Below, piece by piece: positions 41,091 to 56,700 of a stretch of DNA of 64,000 nucleotides (the stretch's first letter is position 1; each line of letters opens with the position of its first letter). The notes below the pieces were generated by a model. That model made no database searches, was not told the origin of the DNA, and was given only the letters and a program-made list of their open reading frames with translations. Origin of the DNA: the human T2T-CHM13v2.0 reference genome, Homo sapiens; assembly GCF_009914755.1 (NCBI RefSeq), contig NC_060930.1; one strand, given 5' to 3'. The position numbers were made by a program, and so were the translations under genes.

Positions 41091-41432
41091 CAGCAGCCCC
41101 CAACCTTTTTGGCATCAGGGACTGGTTTCGTGGGAGACAGTTTCTCCACAGACTGGAGCAGGGAGATGGTTTCAGGATGATTCAAGCGCATTACATTTAT
41201 TGTGCACCTTATTTCTATTATTTGTACTTTGTAATATATAATGGAATAATTATACAGCTCACCATAATGTAGAGTCAGTGGGAGCTGTGAGCTTGTTTTC
41301 CTGCAACTAGATGGTCTCATTGGGAGTGATGGGCAACAGTGACAGATCATCAGGCATTAGATTCTCATAAGGAGCGTGCAACCTAGATTCTTCACATGTA
41401 CATTTCACAATGGCGGGGAGGGGGGACTCCTG
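41091..41432 (+). mobile_element. MER1A hAT-Charlie element, internally deleted
   Basis: Starts CAGCAGCCCCCAACCTTTTTGGC and ends GGGGACTCCTG; 8-bp TSD GTGGAAAG/GTGTAAAG, the length typical of hAT elements. Confidence 0.9.
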
Positions 41433-41574
41433 GTGTAAAGCATTATGTTTAAAATACCATAGCCTGAGATCAAAATTTTAGGCACAAATTTAATCACATT
41501 GAATCCTTTGTCTTCTATTAGTTAAAAGGTTGTCCTGCTGCCATCTTGGAATGAGTGCAAGTTGGAAAATCTAG

Positions 41575-41790
41575 ATCCGAGGGTTTCACATCTGAGCATG
41601 CATAACAGTGCCCTGGAGAGCTGCTAACAGTGCAGATTGCCTGCATCCAGCCAGCAGAGTCAGGGAGATTTCAGGGGAGCCCCTGCCCAGTGGAACTCTT
41701 AAAACTGCATTTATAACAACCTTCCCATCTCCTTTCTAGGAGATTCGGATACAGACAGCCCATGGCAAATGTTCTGAGGAGTAATATGGT
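41575..41790. mobile_element. MER5-like hAT-Charlie relic
   Basis: gcatgcataacagtgccctggagagctgctaacagtgcagattgcctg...ctgcatttataacaaccttccca. Confidence 0.6.
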
Positions 41791-42369
41791 ATTATTTTTA
41801 AAAGCTAACACCCATAAATACTACATTAAATTAAAATTCAGGGATGAATGAAGGACTTGTAGCTATGACTCTGTAGCTCAGAGACATAAAAAGTGTAAGA
41901 AGCAAAATTATTACTCACTAAGAGATAAGCAGGAAAAAGATGGGGACACTTACAGTTTTAACGGCTTACCTCTTTTGTAGAGCCAGAAAAGTCAGCAGCG
42001 GTTGGAACTCTGGTAACAATACAGTTTTGGTCTTCTACTTATGTACTCTCTTCTCTATTACTAAATTTTAAAAACCAGAACAGCAAACCTAAATCAAGCG
42101 ATACAGTCGAGCTCAAAGAAAGACTGAGCTCAAATGCCTTACGTCTGCCCCAAGAGAAGCTAGCATTGAACTCACACATCCTCCCTGTGAGCACAGGCTT
42201 GCCAGCCACAGCTCACCACCGCTTTCTTATGACCCAAACTCATGTCCAGAGATCTCTGATTCTCCTTAACAGAACTCCAGGTAATCATTAATAATTGAGA
42301 GGAAACAGGCTTACTTGGAAATCTTATTATGCACGATGTTTATCAATAACCCTCCATCAGGAAGGAAGC

Positions 42370-42598
42370 AACAGGCAGCACCTGCGTGGCTGTTTTGTGC
42401 CAGGCACTCTCTGGATACTTGCCTAACATTATTACCCTCACAGCGCCCTGAAGATCAGATGTTATCCTGATTTTTATTATCCCTGTCTTCTCAAGTAAAG
42501 AATCTAGGCTGTTAAGAACAATAACTAATTTACCTGCCATCCCATGAGACACAGTTGATGGAGCTAAGACCCAGGGTGGTTCCTTGTGACTTTCAACT
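42370..42598 (-). mobile_element. MIR
   Basis: tgtgccaggcactct...cctcacagcgccctgaag...attatccctgtcttctcaagtaaagaatctaggct. Confidence 0.7.
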
Positions 42599-43805
42599 TT
42601 CCCTTTGATATTTTGGCCTCTCTTAATTTAGCTACATGAAATGTTAACCTATTATGTACTCTTAGTTCAATTTTTTGGTTTATTTGTAATCAGAAATGAT
42701 ACAATATGGCACCTTCTCAATGAGTCCATCAATTCATATCATTGTCTATTAACTCAGGATGGCTAGCTACTCATTAACAAATGTCTACCAAATTCCTCCA
42801 TGGCCTTGCTAGATAGTATAAATAAACAGGAGAAGAACAACGCATTACAGGAAAACAGCAACAGTCTACTGCAAACAAGGAGAATCAAGTAAGTAAGGCA
42901 AAGACACTAAAGGACTCAGGAACATCATTACATAATGTTGACCAGTAACTATTAATATAATGCAATATAAAATAGGAATGCAAAGGTATTGACTGAAGGA
43001 GCTACAAAATTAAGAGATATTCTACTAAACTATTAAAGTATGTATTCTATTTATAAAATAAAAATAATTTATCTAAATAAGTTAAATAGGAAGTAATATC
43101 TAATTTCAGCAAGGAAAGCTTATCTTCAAGTTTAGATGAAGTCCTTAATTACAAGTAACTATCACATATGGCTGCTCTGGGACCCACAATTTGAGCTGAG
43201 CAGCAGATCATGGTTTGCCACTGGGAATTCTTTAGTCTTGTCCAGGAAAGATTCTTAGAATCTGCATAATGGAAACAGTTACTAAGACACCATGTATGTA
43301 TGCTTTACTTGCTAACTTCAAAGAGTTCTAGAGTTCTGTTTTCATATTTTCTGAGTTATTTTGTTTTAGCATGAAAGTATATTTAGAAAGAAGGGCTACT
43401 TAATAATATTTCTTTAATCAAATTCTTCATATAAAAACTTCTGGTCCAAATACCATTTCTGCTAGAAAAATTTACCTGCCCCTAGTATACAACAGTAACA
43501 TTGCTGTCAAGCCAGTGATGCATCATTGATAGAAATGCATTGGCCACAGCATGAAACAGTATCACATGGTAGTTTTTATGCCACTGCACATGAGCTGACA
43601 GCCTTACTTGGGTCTTGCATGTAGAGCTCTCACAGGGCAGGGAAGGTCCAGAATACAGCAGGTTTGACTGCACATCCCAATATTAGTGGTACTTTTAAAA
43701 AATGACTTTGGGTCACAGAGTTCTTTACGAGTAAGAACTGGGGATAATTGAGAGGGCTCAGGTATCTGCTACTTTTAAAAATGGCTTATAGGACATTAAG
43801 AGTCA

Positions 43806-44316
<511 letters not shown>

Positions 44317-45062
44317 CTAGATACTCTTGGATTCCATCTACACCTTCTCAACTAAGCACTTACAGATGTCTGGCTTTATATATGTACACATCAGTAACTA
44401 GAACTAAGTGTTGAGGTAATGAACAACAAGGAGATGACAGAGTGACTAACTCTGGCCATGATGAAAATGGCAGATCTAAGATGGAAATTATACTAGGAAA
44501 TTCCCCAATCCTAGAAATACAGTTGGCCTTCCTCCCTCCCTTCCACCTTCCCTCCTTCCTTCCCTTTTCCTCTTTCATTTTTTATTTCCTTTGTAAGACA
44601 TCTAGACAAAGTTTAGGTGCTATATAACTCAGGGACAATCTTCAGCTTCATTGTGTGAGATTTTATTCATGATTGCCTTATCACACACAATGACAGGGAG
44701 TAGGAGAAACCTCATTTGAGTATATAATCTGCTGAGTGTGATGCAAATGTCAGTATCTGTGGTATCTTTGCAGTTACAACCCACTGGTTTCCTCTATTCT
44801 CTTACCACTTAGAGGTGAATTTCTAATTCTAGGAACTGGTCGTCATCAGAAATTGATGAAGACTTCAAGACGTTAAATCAATTCAGCCACTGCTACATGG
44901 TACCTTATAGAAGAGACCATTAATTATACTAAATAATGTCTATTCATTTATTCAACAAATATTTATCCAGTGCCTACCCACTGGATAAAAATAACCACCC
45001 TGAGTGTTTAGATGAATGCCTAATGACAAGGGTGATGCTTATGCCATTCTAAAAGTGATGAA

Positions 45063-46070
45063 TTGAACTGAACATTTATTTCCACACAAAAACCTACACA
45101 CAGATGTTTATAGTAGCTTTGTTCATAATTGCCAAAGTTTGGAAGCAACCAGCGTGTCCTCATAGGGTGAACAGATAAATAAACTGTGGTACATTCCATT
45201 CAGACAAGGAAACGCCATTCAATGCAAAAAAAGATATATGTGACCAAGCCATGAAAGGTACAAAAGAAACTTAAATGAAGATTATCAAGTGAAAGAAGGC
45301 GATATGAAGAGGCGACTTTATGATTCTATCTATAGGACATCCTGGAAAAGGCACAGCTATAAAAAGGGTAAACAGATCAGCGGTTGCTCAGGGTAGAGGG
45401 AAGAAATGGGTGATGAGGTAGAGCACAGAAAATCTCTAAAGCAGTGAAAAGACTGCACAATCCTACAGTGTTGGATCCATGTCACTAAACATTTGTCCAG
45501 GCCCTAGAATGTACAACACCAAGAGTGAACCCTAATGTAGAGGACTGGCTCTGAGTGACAATGATGTGTCAATGACCAGTTGTAAGAAACGTACCACTGG
45601 GGGTGTGCCGGGCGTGGTGGCTCACGCTTGTAATCCCAGCACTTTGGGAGGCCGAGGCAGGTGGATCACTAAGTCAGGAGTTCAAGACCAGCCTGGCCAA
45701 GATGGTGAAATCCCGTCTCTACTAAAAATACAAAAAAATTAGCCGGGTGTGGTCATGGGGGCCTGTAATCCCAGTTACTCAGGAGGCTGAGGCAGAGAAT
45801 TGCTTGAACCCGGGAGGTGGAGGTTGCAGTGAGCCGAGATCACGCCACTGTATCCCAGCCTGGGTGACAGAGCAAGACTCTGTCTCAAAGAAAAAAAAAA
45901 AAAAGAAAAGAAAAGAAATGTACCACTGGCGGATGGGGGTGGGAATGTTGATAGTGGGGAGGTTGTGTGTAAGTAAGGGAATGAGGTTGAGAATTTTCCA
46001 CAATTTCCACACAATTTTGCTGTGAACCCAGAACTGCTGCTCTAAAAAACAAGTTTCATTAATTAAAAAT
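45063..46070 (+). mobile_element. L1MC-type LINE-1 3' end, interrupted by an Alu
   Basis: cacacaaaaacctacacacagatgtttatagtagc...gtacaacaccaagagtgaaccctaatgta...gctgtgaacccagaactgct. Confidence 0.88.
45606..45912 (+). mobile_element. AluSg-lineage, inserted in L1MC
   Basis: Full Alu; TSD AAGAAA(C/T)GTACCACTGG. Confidence 0.95.
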
Positions 46071-47572
46071 CAAATTGCTGCTTTCAAGGTTCATGGTTCA
46101 CAGCCACATAGGAGATGGGTGTCTTAGCCTCATGTAAGGTGGAGAATTAGAACTAAAATCCTTATGTAGAATGGAGTCCTAGAAAACCAATGACTTTCGT
46201 TAAAGGATTGACTAGAAAAAAAAAAAATCTACCCATCAGAACAGGTAGAAGAAAACTTATTGACCTGATACTAGACCTTACATTTGATGGTTTGTAATCA
46301 GAGATCTGCTCTTCCTTCGACAAAAGGTTTAACCTTATACTATTTATATAGTCCATTTTTCACAACGCTGAAAAATAAACATAAAAAAGTAGTTACACAC
46401 TGCATGCCAGAGACAAGCTTAAAACTATGGTGAAGAGACACACTGCCAGCCTGCCACGAAGCAGCCCCACAAAGCCCAAGAACTCACATTCTAACACAGA
46501 AACCTTGTGAAAATATAATCTTCCAAGGGAGAGAAGCAATACACCCAGTCACCATCAGGATTAGTTACCTAAGAACCACAGACACAGAATTTTGTACAGA
46601 TATCATTAAATTACTATTTTTCAAATGATTAAAGACTTAATGGAAGAACATTGAAATATAAAACAAGAGCAGGATTCCATCAGAAAAGGCAGTGACATTG
46701 GAAAAAGAATCACATAGAAAACCCATCAATGAAATATCCATTCTTTGAATGCCACTGGGAATGCAAAATGGCCCAAAAATGGTACAACTATGAATATACA
46801 ACTAAGGGCAAAAGAAAGGTATGATTAAATTACCTGGAATGCAGCACAAAGAGATAAAGTGATGAAGAACTTAGAGAGGAAGTGAGAGGTACTGAAAAAG
46901 GAATAAAAAGTCCAACATATAATGAACTTATATTCTAGAATTAGAGGAAAATGCAAAAGGAAGAGAAGCAATATTTGATGACACTGGTGTATATTTTTCT
47001 AGAACCGATACGAATGTTCTCATACAGGAATCACAGTGAATACGGAAAGAAAGCCAAAGCTGAACGCATGGATGTGATAGCGACTAACCACAAAGATTTG
47101 AAATGATTTCTAAAGCTGCAAGAGAGAAACAGATTACCTCCAAAAATACTGCAAGTAGACTCATAGCATACTTACCAGTAGCAAAGATAAAAGCTATACG
47201 CTATGTCTTCAAAGGACTGCAAAAGAATAATCTCAATATAGAATTATCTTTCCTGTAATTCAGAAAATAAGACAAGTTATTCCTAAAGAACAACAAGGTG
47301 GGTGATGTGAAATGCCTTGTCAGATACCGCAAATTATAATAAAACTATAGTAATATAACAACGTAGTATTGGTGCAGGGAAAGACAAATAGACAAACAGA
47401 ACAGAGTAGACGGTTCAAAATAGATCCAGGTATACATAGAAACTATATATATGTCAAAGGTGTCCTTATGAGGCATGACTGTTCAATCATGGGAATACAC
47501 AACAGGTGATCCCTGTGAAGAAAATAAAATAAAACTGGATCTTGCGTGGACAGCACATGTACACAAAGATAA

Positions 47573-47998
<426 letters not shown>

Positions 47999-48797
47999 TA
48001 AACAAAGATGAAGTAAGTTTTCCACATTAATGTGGGAAATCTTATACATCCAATAACAGCATCAAAGTTAAGGAGACAAACCAGAGGTTGACAGGTTATT
48101 TGTTTCCTACGTTAGCCCCAAAATACTAATATACATTGTGCATTAAAATAATTCACATTTTAAAACCATCACAGGCCCATGAGAAAGTTTGGCCAAAGTA
48201 TACTAAATGCTCAGAAGACAAAATGCAAATGAATAGTAAATGTGAAAAGATGCTTAATTGAGAAGTAATTAGAGAAATGCAAGTTAAATCTACAATGACA
48301 GAAAAGTTTACACCAGTCAGGCTCAAAATTTAAAAGTCTGAAAATATTAAACGTTGGCGAGGATGTGAATAATTGGGAGTTAAATTGTTATGATCACCTA
48401 GCAGAGCAATTATTTAGTATCTATTAATAGTAAAGCTGAAGTTATTGGTGCACAAATACCACACCCAGGAATTGGTCTAGAGAAAGTCTTATACCTGTGC
48501 ACAAGACTTGTATAAGAATGTTCAGTGCAGCACTATTTGTGAAGCAAAAAAATTAGAAACACCTTAAATTCCCAATAGCATGAGAATAAATCCATTGTGA
48601 TGTCACACATGGTATGCTATTCATTAGTGAACACAGGTGACCTACTGCTATATCCACTAACACGCATTAATCTCAAAATATGATTGAACAAATATGTTCA
48701 GTTGCATACAATAGGTAACATCATATCATTTATTTAAAGTTTAAAAGCATGCAAATTAGCAGTATTCCATATTACTTATAGGCTGGTAAATAAATGT

Positions 48798-48995
<198 letters not shown>

Positions 48996-49649
48996 AATAA
49001 ATGTATTTTTTAAAGTATAAAAACATAGTTGATAATGACAAATCCCAAGTTCAGGATAATAGTTACCTCTGTAGAGAAGGAAGAAATGGAACACAATCAG
49101 AGAGCAGTACATCCATCGCTTCAGTTTTAGTTGTAATATTTTTCTTAAGTTGAATGGTGGGCCCACTAGTATTTGTCATATAATTCCCATATTGTTTTCC
49201 ATCCCTGGGGTTTTGCAATAACAATTACAAATATGTATCTCCCTACAAAGTTTATACAATGGTTTATATATAATTCATTCATCTTTGACTTGTAATGGAA
49301 ATCTGACTTGCACAGGAAGTCAAGATTGCTAATGTCAGACTTGCAAAAGAACAAGCATGCTAATCAAATTCAAAGTCACTAATGTAATTTCCATGTATTT
49401 CTATTATAGTTCTCGATTTAGATTCTACATCTAACCTCATCTTGACTGAGAATGTATGTATAGATTCTCAAATAAGCTTTATCTGAAGAATGTCTTACTA
49501 TATATTATTTGGTAGCACTAGGTATCAAACACTGAGGCTCAAATTTATATTTCTGTTCTGTTCTAACCTCAACAACAGACAGATAAACAAACTTCCTACT
49601 GGAGATCGCCACCTAAAATTTATTTGAAACCTTAAACCTCTCAAATAAA

Positions 49650-50225
49650 GTTTATTTGAACTGCCCCTCCCACAATAACCCATTCCTCTTTTTCTTCCAC
49701 TCTCCTCTGTGCCTGGTGGCATCAACATCTAACATGAGTTCTATATCTCACATAGCCAAGTATCAATGTGTCATACTTCAATTTTCTCTTTCCCTTGCAT
49801 CTCACAATGCGTACATCTGCTAGTCCCATTGACACAACCTCTAAAACATCACAAAGCTACATGTGTCCCTCCATTACAACGTCTAGTACCCTAGCGAAGC
49901 CCCATGCTCCGTCCCCCAAACACCTAGACTAGCCTCCCAATTAGCCTCCTTGCTTCCACCAACTTCCAGCCACACTTACCTCCCTTATGGCCTTGGCATG
50001 TGCTTACCTAATGCCCACTCTAGGTCCTTTGCTCCCTCTCTCTGGAATGATTTTCTGCAGATATTCCCAGGGCTGGCTCCTTTAGCTTTCAGCTCAAACT
50101 TCACCTTCCAAGAGAAGCTTTTCCTAAATTTCCAATATAAGGTAGTGTCACCAGTCCTCAGCCTATTTTAATTCTTTCCAAGCACTTATCACTAACTGAA
50201 ATTTACCATTTTTATTGCTTTACTT
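49650..50225 (+). mobile_element. L2 fragment
   Basis: ctagcctcccaattagcctccttgcttcca...gctccctctctctggaatg...ttcagctcaaacttcaccttccaagagaagctt...agcacttatcac. Confidence 0.7.
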
Positions 50226-50234
50226 GCTTTAAAC

Positions 50235-50435
50235 CTGAAGATTGTATTTGGTTGCATGTACCGGAATACTGACTACAGAAGTATAACCAATTGGGGTTTA
50301 TTTTTCGCATGTTACAAGAAGTCTAAACAAAAGCCATCTAGAACTGGCTGGGGGCTCCCTGATGCCCTCAGCAACCCAAGTTTCTTCTATCCTTCTGCCC
50401 TGTCCTTTTAGCACGTGGCTTTTATCTTCATGGCA
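50235..50435 (-). mobile_element. MLT1 LTR fragment nested in L2
   Basis: gattgtatttggttgcatgtaccggaa...ggggtttatttttcgcatgttacaagaagtc...cccaagtttcttctatccttctgc. Confidence 0.65.
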
Positions 50436-51294
50436 CTCTGACTAAAAGCATTAATAACCTTCTTGCACATGGAATGCAGGCTCCACAAGAAAAGGGACCT
50501 TGTCTGTCTTACCCATCACCGGAAGAATGACAGGTGCTGTGTTAACAGCTTGATCAGCTAGAGCAGTGAAAGAGGAACTCAAGAGTCCTCAACCTCAGCA
50601 TCATTCCTGCATCCTGGGAGTCCTGCACCACAGCCTCCATTCATTGGCCCTGGAGATTCTACCCGGATTTCTCTTCTCATGAAGCCCTGGCCTTCATGGC
50701 CTTCTTTATTGGCCCTGCCTTAGTCCAGGGCTTAGTCTCACGCTACAGTCTCCTAAGTGGCCCGCCACCTGCCCCATTTCGCCTGCCACCCTGTCACACC
50801 CACGACACAAACTGATCATATTCATCTCTAGAACTCTTATGTTTTCTTAAAGTCTGCACTCAAATAGAAAGCTCCACAAAAGTGGGGACGCACCGGTCCT
50901 GCTTACCACTGCTCTCCAGGCCTAGGAACCAGGAGTGCTTGCTGTGGAGGAGACACTTGGCAAGTATTTATTAACAGAATCCAAGGAAGCATCTAAATTC
51001 CCGAAGATTATGTGCAAAGCCCCTCTGCGTTTGACCCGGCTCATCCTCTTCCCGGTATCACCTTCCTCATTCTCACTTTTGCCATTTGTTTAGTCACAGC
51101 AAATAATTGTAATTCTAAAGTAGTGCCAGACCTTTGCATCTTTTATTTTATAATATCTGCATAAAATATTCCTTCCTTTTAAAATCAGAAATCTTCTGTT
51201 CATCACTTAATTCCCAGCTTATGATTCTCCTCAGCTTAGAGGCCTTACTGACTCAGCCTAGGGGAGCAGACAGTGCCTCCTGGATGCAGCACTT

Positions 51295-51340
51295 TGATGA
51301 TGATGACGATGACGACGACGACGACGATGATGATGATGAT
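51295..51340. repeat. (GAT)n/(GAC)n trinucleotide repeat
   Basis: About 15 GAY triplets, adjacent to the 3' end of a minus-strand MIR. Confidence 0.95.
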
Positions 51341-51344
51341 GTTA

Positions 51345-51590
51345 AAATCACAATGCCAGCAACTGACATCATGGGGTGTTACAACGTACAAGGCACTCTT
51401 GTAAGTATTTCTGTTTGGTGACTCATTTAACCCTTGTAGCAACCCCATGAGGTAGATAACACAATTTTTCTCATTTTAGGAGAGGAACTGAGGCACAGAG
51501 ACATTAACTAATGCACCAAAGGTCAAAATGGCATAAGCTACATTCCAACCCATGTGGCCCACCTCCTAATCCATGCACTATGACTTGTGG
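51345..51590 (-). mobile_element. MIR
   Basis: ctcatttaacccttgtagcaaccccatgaggtag...cattttaggagaggaactgaggcacagag. Confidence 0.85.
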
Positions 51591-52595
51591 ACATATTTGT
51601 ACACTGTGACCTGAAAGATTGTTGGGAGCAGGGCTCATACCTTATGATACATAATGGGTGCCCAATAAAAGACCGTTGAGTGAACAGATTTTAAAACAAT
51701 CAGTTGTATAAATACAGAATGGGGAAACTGGCTTACATATATATATATATATCTTGTAAAAACAGAGTTGGGGTTTAAATGGACTGTATGGCTCTCTAAG
51801 TCATATCATTGATCCTAAAAATAAATTACAGGCCACATTAATAGGCAGATTATACCAAGGGGCATGTAGTAACTCCAGCATAGATCAGGCCACTTTGAGA
51901 ATCTAGTACAGTCCTCTCTCTTTAGAAAAGACCAAATGGAGTTCGTCCAAAGTAGGTAAAACATATGGCTGCTAAAATAGGAAGAGAAATAACTGAAGGG
52001 CATATGGATTATCGTCAAGTATCTGAGAAAGTGTTATGTACAAAAATTTCTTCTGATTTAAAAGGGCAGAACAAATCTAAGGGTGGAAGAACAATGTGCT
52101 CAGATAAGGAAGCAAATTCCAGTTGTGTGTGCTGGGCCCACTCAGGCTGCCTCCTAAGAATGGACAGGGAACACCTCTTCCCAACGCCGCCTTCAGTGTT
52201 ATTATGTTGGTCCCTTAAAAAAAACAGGGCTGGCAGGTTTTGCAGGGAAACTCCAAAGTGACAATCAGAGCTTTGTATTTATAGAGAGTCAGTTTACCTG
52301 CTTATCACTGCATTTATCCCATTTAGTTGCTAAAAAAAAAAAGAAAAAAATGGACTTGGTTGCCTTGTGGAGAATGGATAGTAGTTGAGCCTTGTGGTGA
52401 ATGGATAGTAATTGAGAATGCGGCAGAGAGAGATGACTTCGTAACCAACAGATACATATCATCAATGCGCACAGAAACTTAAGGAGGGGCCAATGTGATA
52501 CGCGAACTGTTGTCAGTCCTTTACATTTAGTTATTTTTAAATTTATTTTTCAGGAAGTATCTATAAAAACACTATATGTAAAACTATTTATAGGT

Positions 52596-52734
52596 CAGGA
52601 GGCTGAGGCAGGAGAATTGCTTGAACTGAGACCCAGGAGGCAGAGGTTGCAGTGAGCCAAGATCGCGCCACTGCACTCCAGCCTGGGCTACAGAGCAAGA
52701 CTCTGTCTCAAAAAAAACAAAACAAAACAAAAAC
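52596..52734 (+). mobile_element. 5'-truncated Alu (part of right arm only)
   Basis: Perfect 16-bp TSD AAAACTATTTATAGGT at 52580-52595 and 52735-52750. Confidence 0.95.
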
Positions 52735-53397
52735 AAAACTATTTATAGGTTAAACACTCTTTATAAGTAAAACTCATTTATTTAAAGAAACAGACTGATA
52801 TTTTTATAGTTCTCTCATCAATCTCTTCTATTAAAAACAAACAAAATACTAAAAGAAAACTGCCAATCATTTTGAATAAGAGATGGTCCACTACATTCCT
52901 CCACCAGAGGCAAGAATTAAAAATTTACCAAGTCAAGCAGGAAACCCTAAAAGATTATCAACAAATGTATTATATTTTTCAAATTCGTAATGCAAAATCT
53001 ATAGGTATGTTTTCTAATCAGTCCAAGACTCCAAAGTAATTAGTGAATTTATTGCCATTTTCAAAAAGTAATACCCCTTGATATTTAAGTTTCAATAGTA
53101 TGGTTTTAATAAACTGAAATGAATCATTAGAAGAATTTCCCCCCTTTATCATAACTGATTAAGTCTATTTTAAAGCTTATATGCCCTCTTCAGGGAAATC
53201 TTTAAAAATTTCCAATTGTTTATATCAGTGAACAGGGCTGAATAACCAATGTATAATTGGTTAAATCAGATACATTATTTCCCCCTCAAAACAATGCCAT
53301 TGAGTTGAAGGCAAAGGATAGAAATGAACTCACCAGCTATATACAATATTATATGACATAAGCAATATTAAAGATTGGTATATAAGAAACCAAGCTT

Positions 53398-53700
<303 letters not shown>

Positions 53701-56700
53701 AGAAACCGACCTTTAAAATAAATACAAACACAAAAAGATTAGTATGTATTTAATCTGCAAGGCTAAAGCCACACAACTGGATTTCAGTGTACTACAAAAT
53801 GACAGATCATATAAATTCAAAATCTTCATTCTGCTTATCAATTACAGAGGCAAAAATATAACTATTTAAGTGGGTCTTAGAATGTATTTTCTCTTCAGAG
53901 TGCTTCCTGATCCTCTTGCCCTCTATTTTACATTCAAGCGACTCATGAATTCTTAGGAGAAATCTGAAATTACTTCATGCCCCTTGTTAAACAGATTTTG
54001 AATGGTAAGTACTCCTGCAAAATTGCTCCCCCAAATAAAATTTCACATACAGATACATTCAGTGCATTAAAAAAGTAAACTCCATTAGAATAGAATATAG
54101 TATTTTCTTAAGATAACTGTTTAGACTTAACTCAAAGGAGTTCCCACAAATATATTCTGTTCTCAGTTAGTTCAAGTGTGGAATAGGCAATTTGGCATGG
54201 GGTAAATCTGTCCCCTTTTGCAATGTTTTAAAACAGAATAAATCGTGGGATGAATTTACTGCGCATTACAAATAAAATGTTTATATTTTCTTTGTGAATT
54301 ATTCATCAAATTAAACTAATAACATGTTAAAATTTGCTTATGTGTCAGTCCTTTGTAGGTAAAATTTCATATAACACTCAAAACAAACATATAAAATATA
54401 GGCATTATTACTATCTACACTTCATATAGATCAGAAAAATAAAGACTGGAGAGCTTAAATGACTTGTCCTTCCCAGAGAGTCTGACTTTAGAGTGATTCA
54501 TATCTACTGTACTTCATTATAACAGTGTATTTGAAAGTCTAGTTGAACTCTTAAGTGATTTCATCTAGTGTATGACATTCTTGAAGTTTTGACTTCTCAT
54601 TTATATATAGCAATAAGCACATGTGTAGGATGGCATCATAAAACTCCCTTGGAATGAAAAAAACATATAAAAAGTTTTAGGCTCCTACAAGAACAGCATG
54701 TATCTCAATGTTCCTCAAAATGAGAATTGACTCCAAGGTACAAAACAGGTAAACTGAGGAAGCAGATGTTAATTAACCACTTTAGCAGGTTCTGAAGTTC
54801 TTAGTGTCCAAGGTTTAAATAACACTAGAACTATCTTAAACAAATGTTTGTGTTTATTTCCTGTTTTCTGAACAATGTTTTTGATGAATTACGCATAGAT
54901 GGAATGCAAACACACAGACCCAATTCCCTTTGAAATATGTAAGCCTATAAAAATGAGCAGAAAATATCCTTGGCAAAACCTGCACTGAGCTTTCAAAAGC
55001 CCACATATTTGAAATTGAGTTTGTGATGTACTCAAAACACAAACATCAGTGGGTTCTCGCATTCCTCATTTCTCCCTCTAATGTCAGAATATTCTATTAA
55101 TTTAAAAAGCAGAGTTCTGTGCCATAATTAGTCTACATATTAAATCTTATCTGAGTGACACCTCTGAATGCAAAGTATCCAGAACAAATAATAAGACAAG
55201 AAACATTCCATGCAAAATAAAATTCAATGACAGAATAAAATCTTCAATCCAATGCAGTTTACACAAGTACACCCACAAAAATTATAATTTTTCCCAGGAA
55301 ATGCATTCCCCAAATGAATGTATGCTTCTCTGTGTGAAGACATATATGTACAAAAGGCTAAAACATTTTTTAAAAATCCAAAAACAATTGATACTAGAAC
55401 ACTATACTGACACCAACTTTATAAATCATGGGCTTGCCCAACAATTCAGTAAATACTTGATGTTCTGCCTCCATTCAAATGAGTCTGTGCATCCTCTGAT
55501 TTAGCACATGGCCAAAGAAAGATCTTTCAGCCCATCCTTCTGTGCTTTACAAAGGCTACTATGGCAATCTTCACTTGTCCAATGTGAATTTCAGTTAATT
55601 TAACTTCTGCTGCTAAATTGTTTATGATAATTTTATTTTTATCAATATTAAACCTAATATTTGAAAAAAAAAGTTAACACAACATATTAGGCCAGACTCT
55701 CCCATTCCCATTTAATTGTGTTTTCTGTGTCTTATGGGCATCACTAAAGTTATACTTTAACATAAACTATTATAACATAAAGGATCACATCCCACACATT
55801 TAACTTCATCTGCCATTTAACTTATATCTAAGGAAGATCAATGCTGGAATAAATATTTACTAATGGTAACTTATTAATTAAAGCTATGACCCAAGCCCAT
55901 ATATAAATAGAAAATGAAGGAGCACACATACTCCCATATGTATTCATCATAAGTGAGTTTGGTATATAAGCTTCAAAGAAGTTTCTCATATACAATCTTA
56001 TTGTTCCTTGACAGTCATCTCAGGCTTGTTACAATGACTTAGTAAAAAGGGAAAAAAGTAAAGATGGAATTTCAGTGAATCATCTTTGGGTTCAGAGCTT
56101 TTGGGTGTATAGACACAACCTCTCATTTCTTAAATTCTTCCCTAAAGGATGATGACTGTATTAAGCAAAATCTCAGATAACATCAGGTCAATTGGATGAT
56201 GGAATCTTAGTCCAATAATGGAGACAACAGAATATCTGAAACTAGGACTTCAGTGAACAGTAACACAGTTTCAGTATGGCATCTCTTCTCTGTCATTTAT
56301 CAGGTTTCCTGTACCCTAATAAGATGCATCCTATGTTAAGAGTTTGGAGATTGGATTGCTGCAGAGTTTCACCCTCTCACACATTGCTTGCCTTGGAATG
56401 TGAGTGTAATCACAATGGAAACATCTATGAGATGAGAGCCTATTAAATGAATCCACAGACTATATATCTTCAGCATCTTATAAGCTATAAGAATCTTAGC
56501 TTTTTTTTTTTCTTCAAGTCTATGCTTATTGATGGCAATCCTCAGAGATGTTTTGTAAGTCCACATGGGCACAGAAATGTCAAGGCTTCCTTTCAAAGAA
56601 AAATAACATTTCTGAGAGTTCTGAATTATGCAAAGAGGTAAGTCATTCAGGGATACTTTCTGACATGTAGAGGCAACCAGACACAAATAGATGAAATAAC

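Noticed and set aside
51134-51421. ORF with a poly-Asp run
   Set aside because: A (GAT/GAC)n microsatellite between L2-like and MIR relics.
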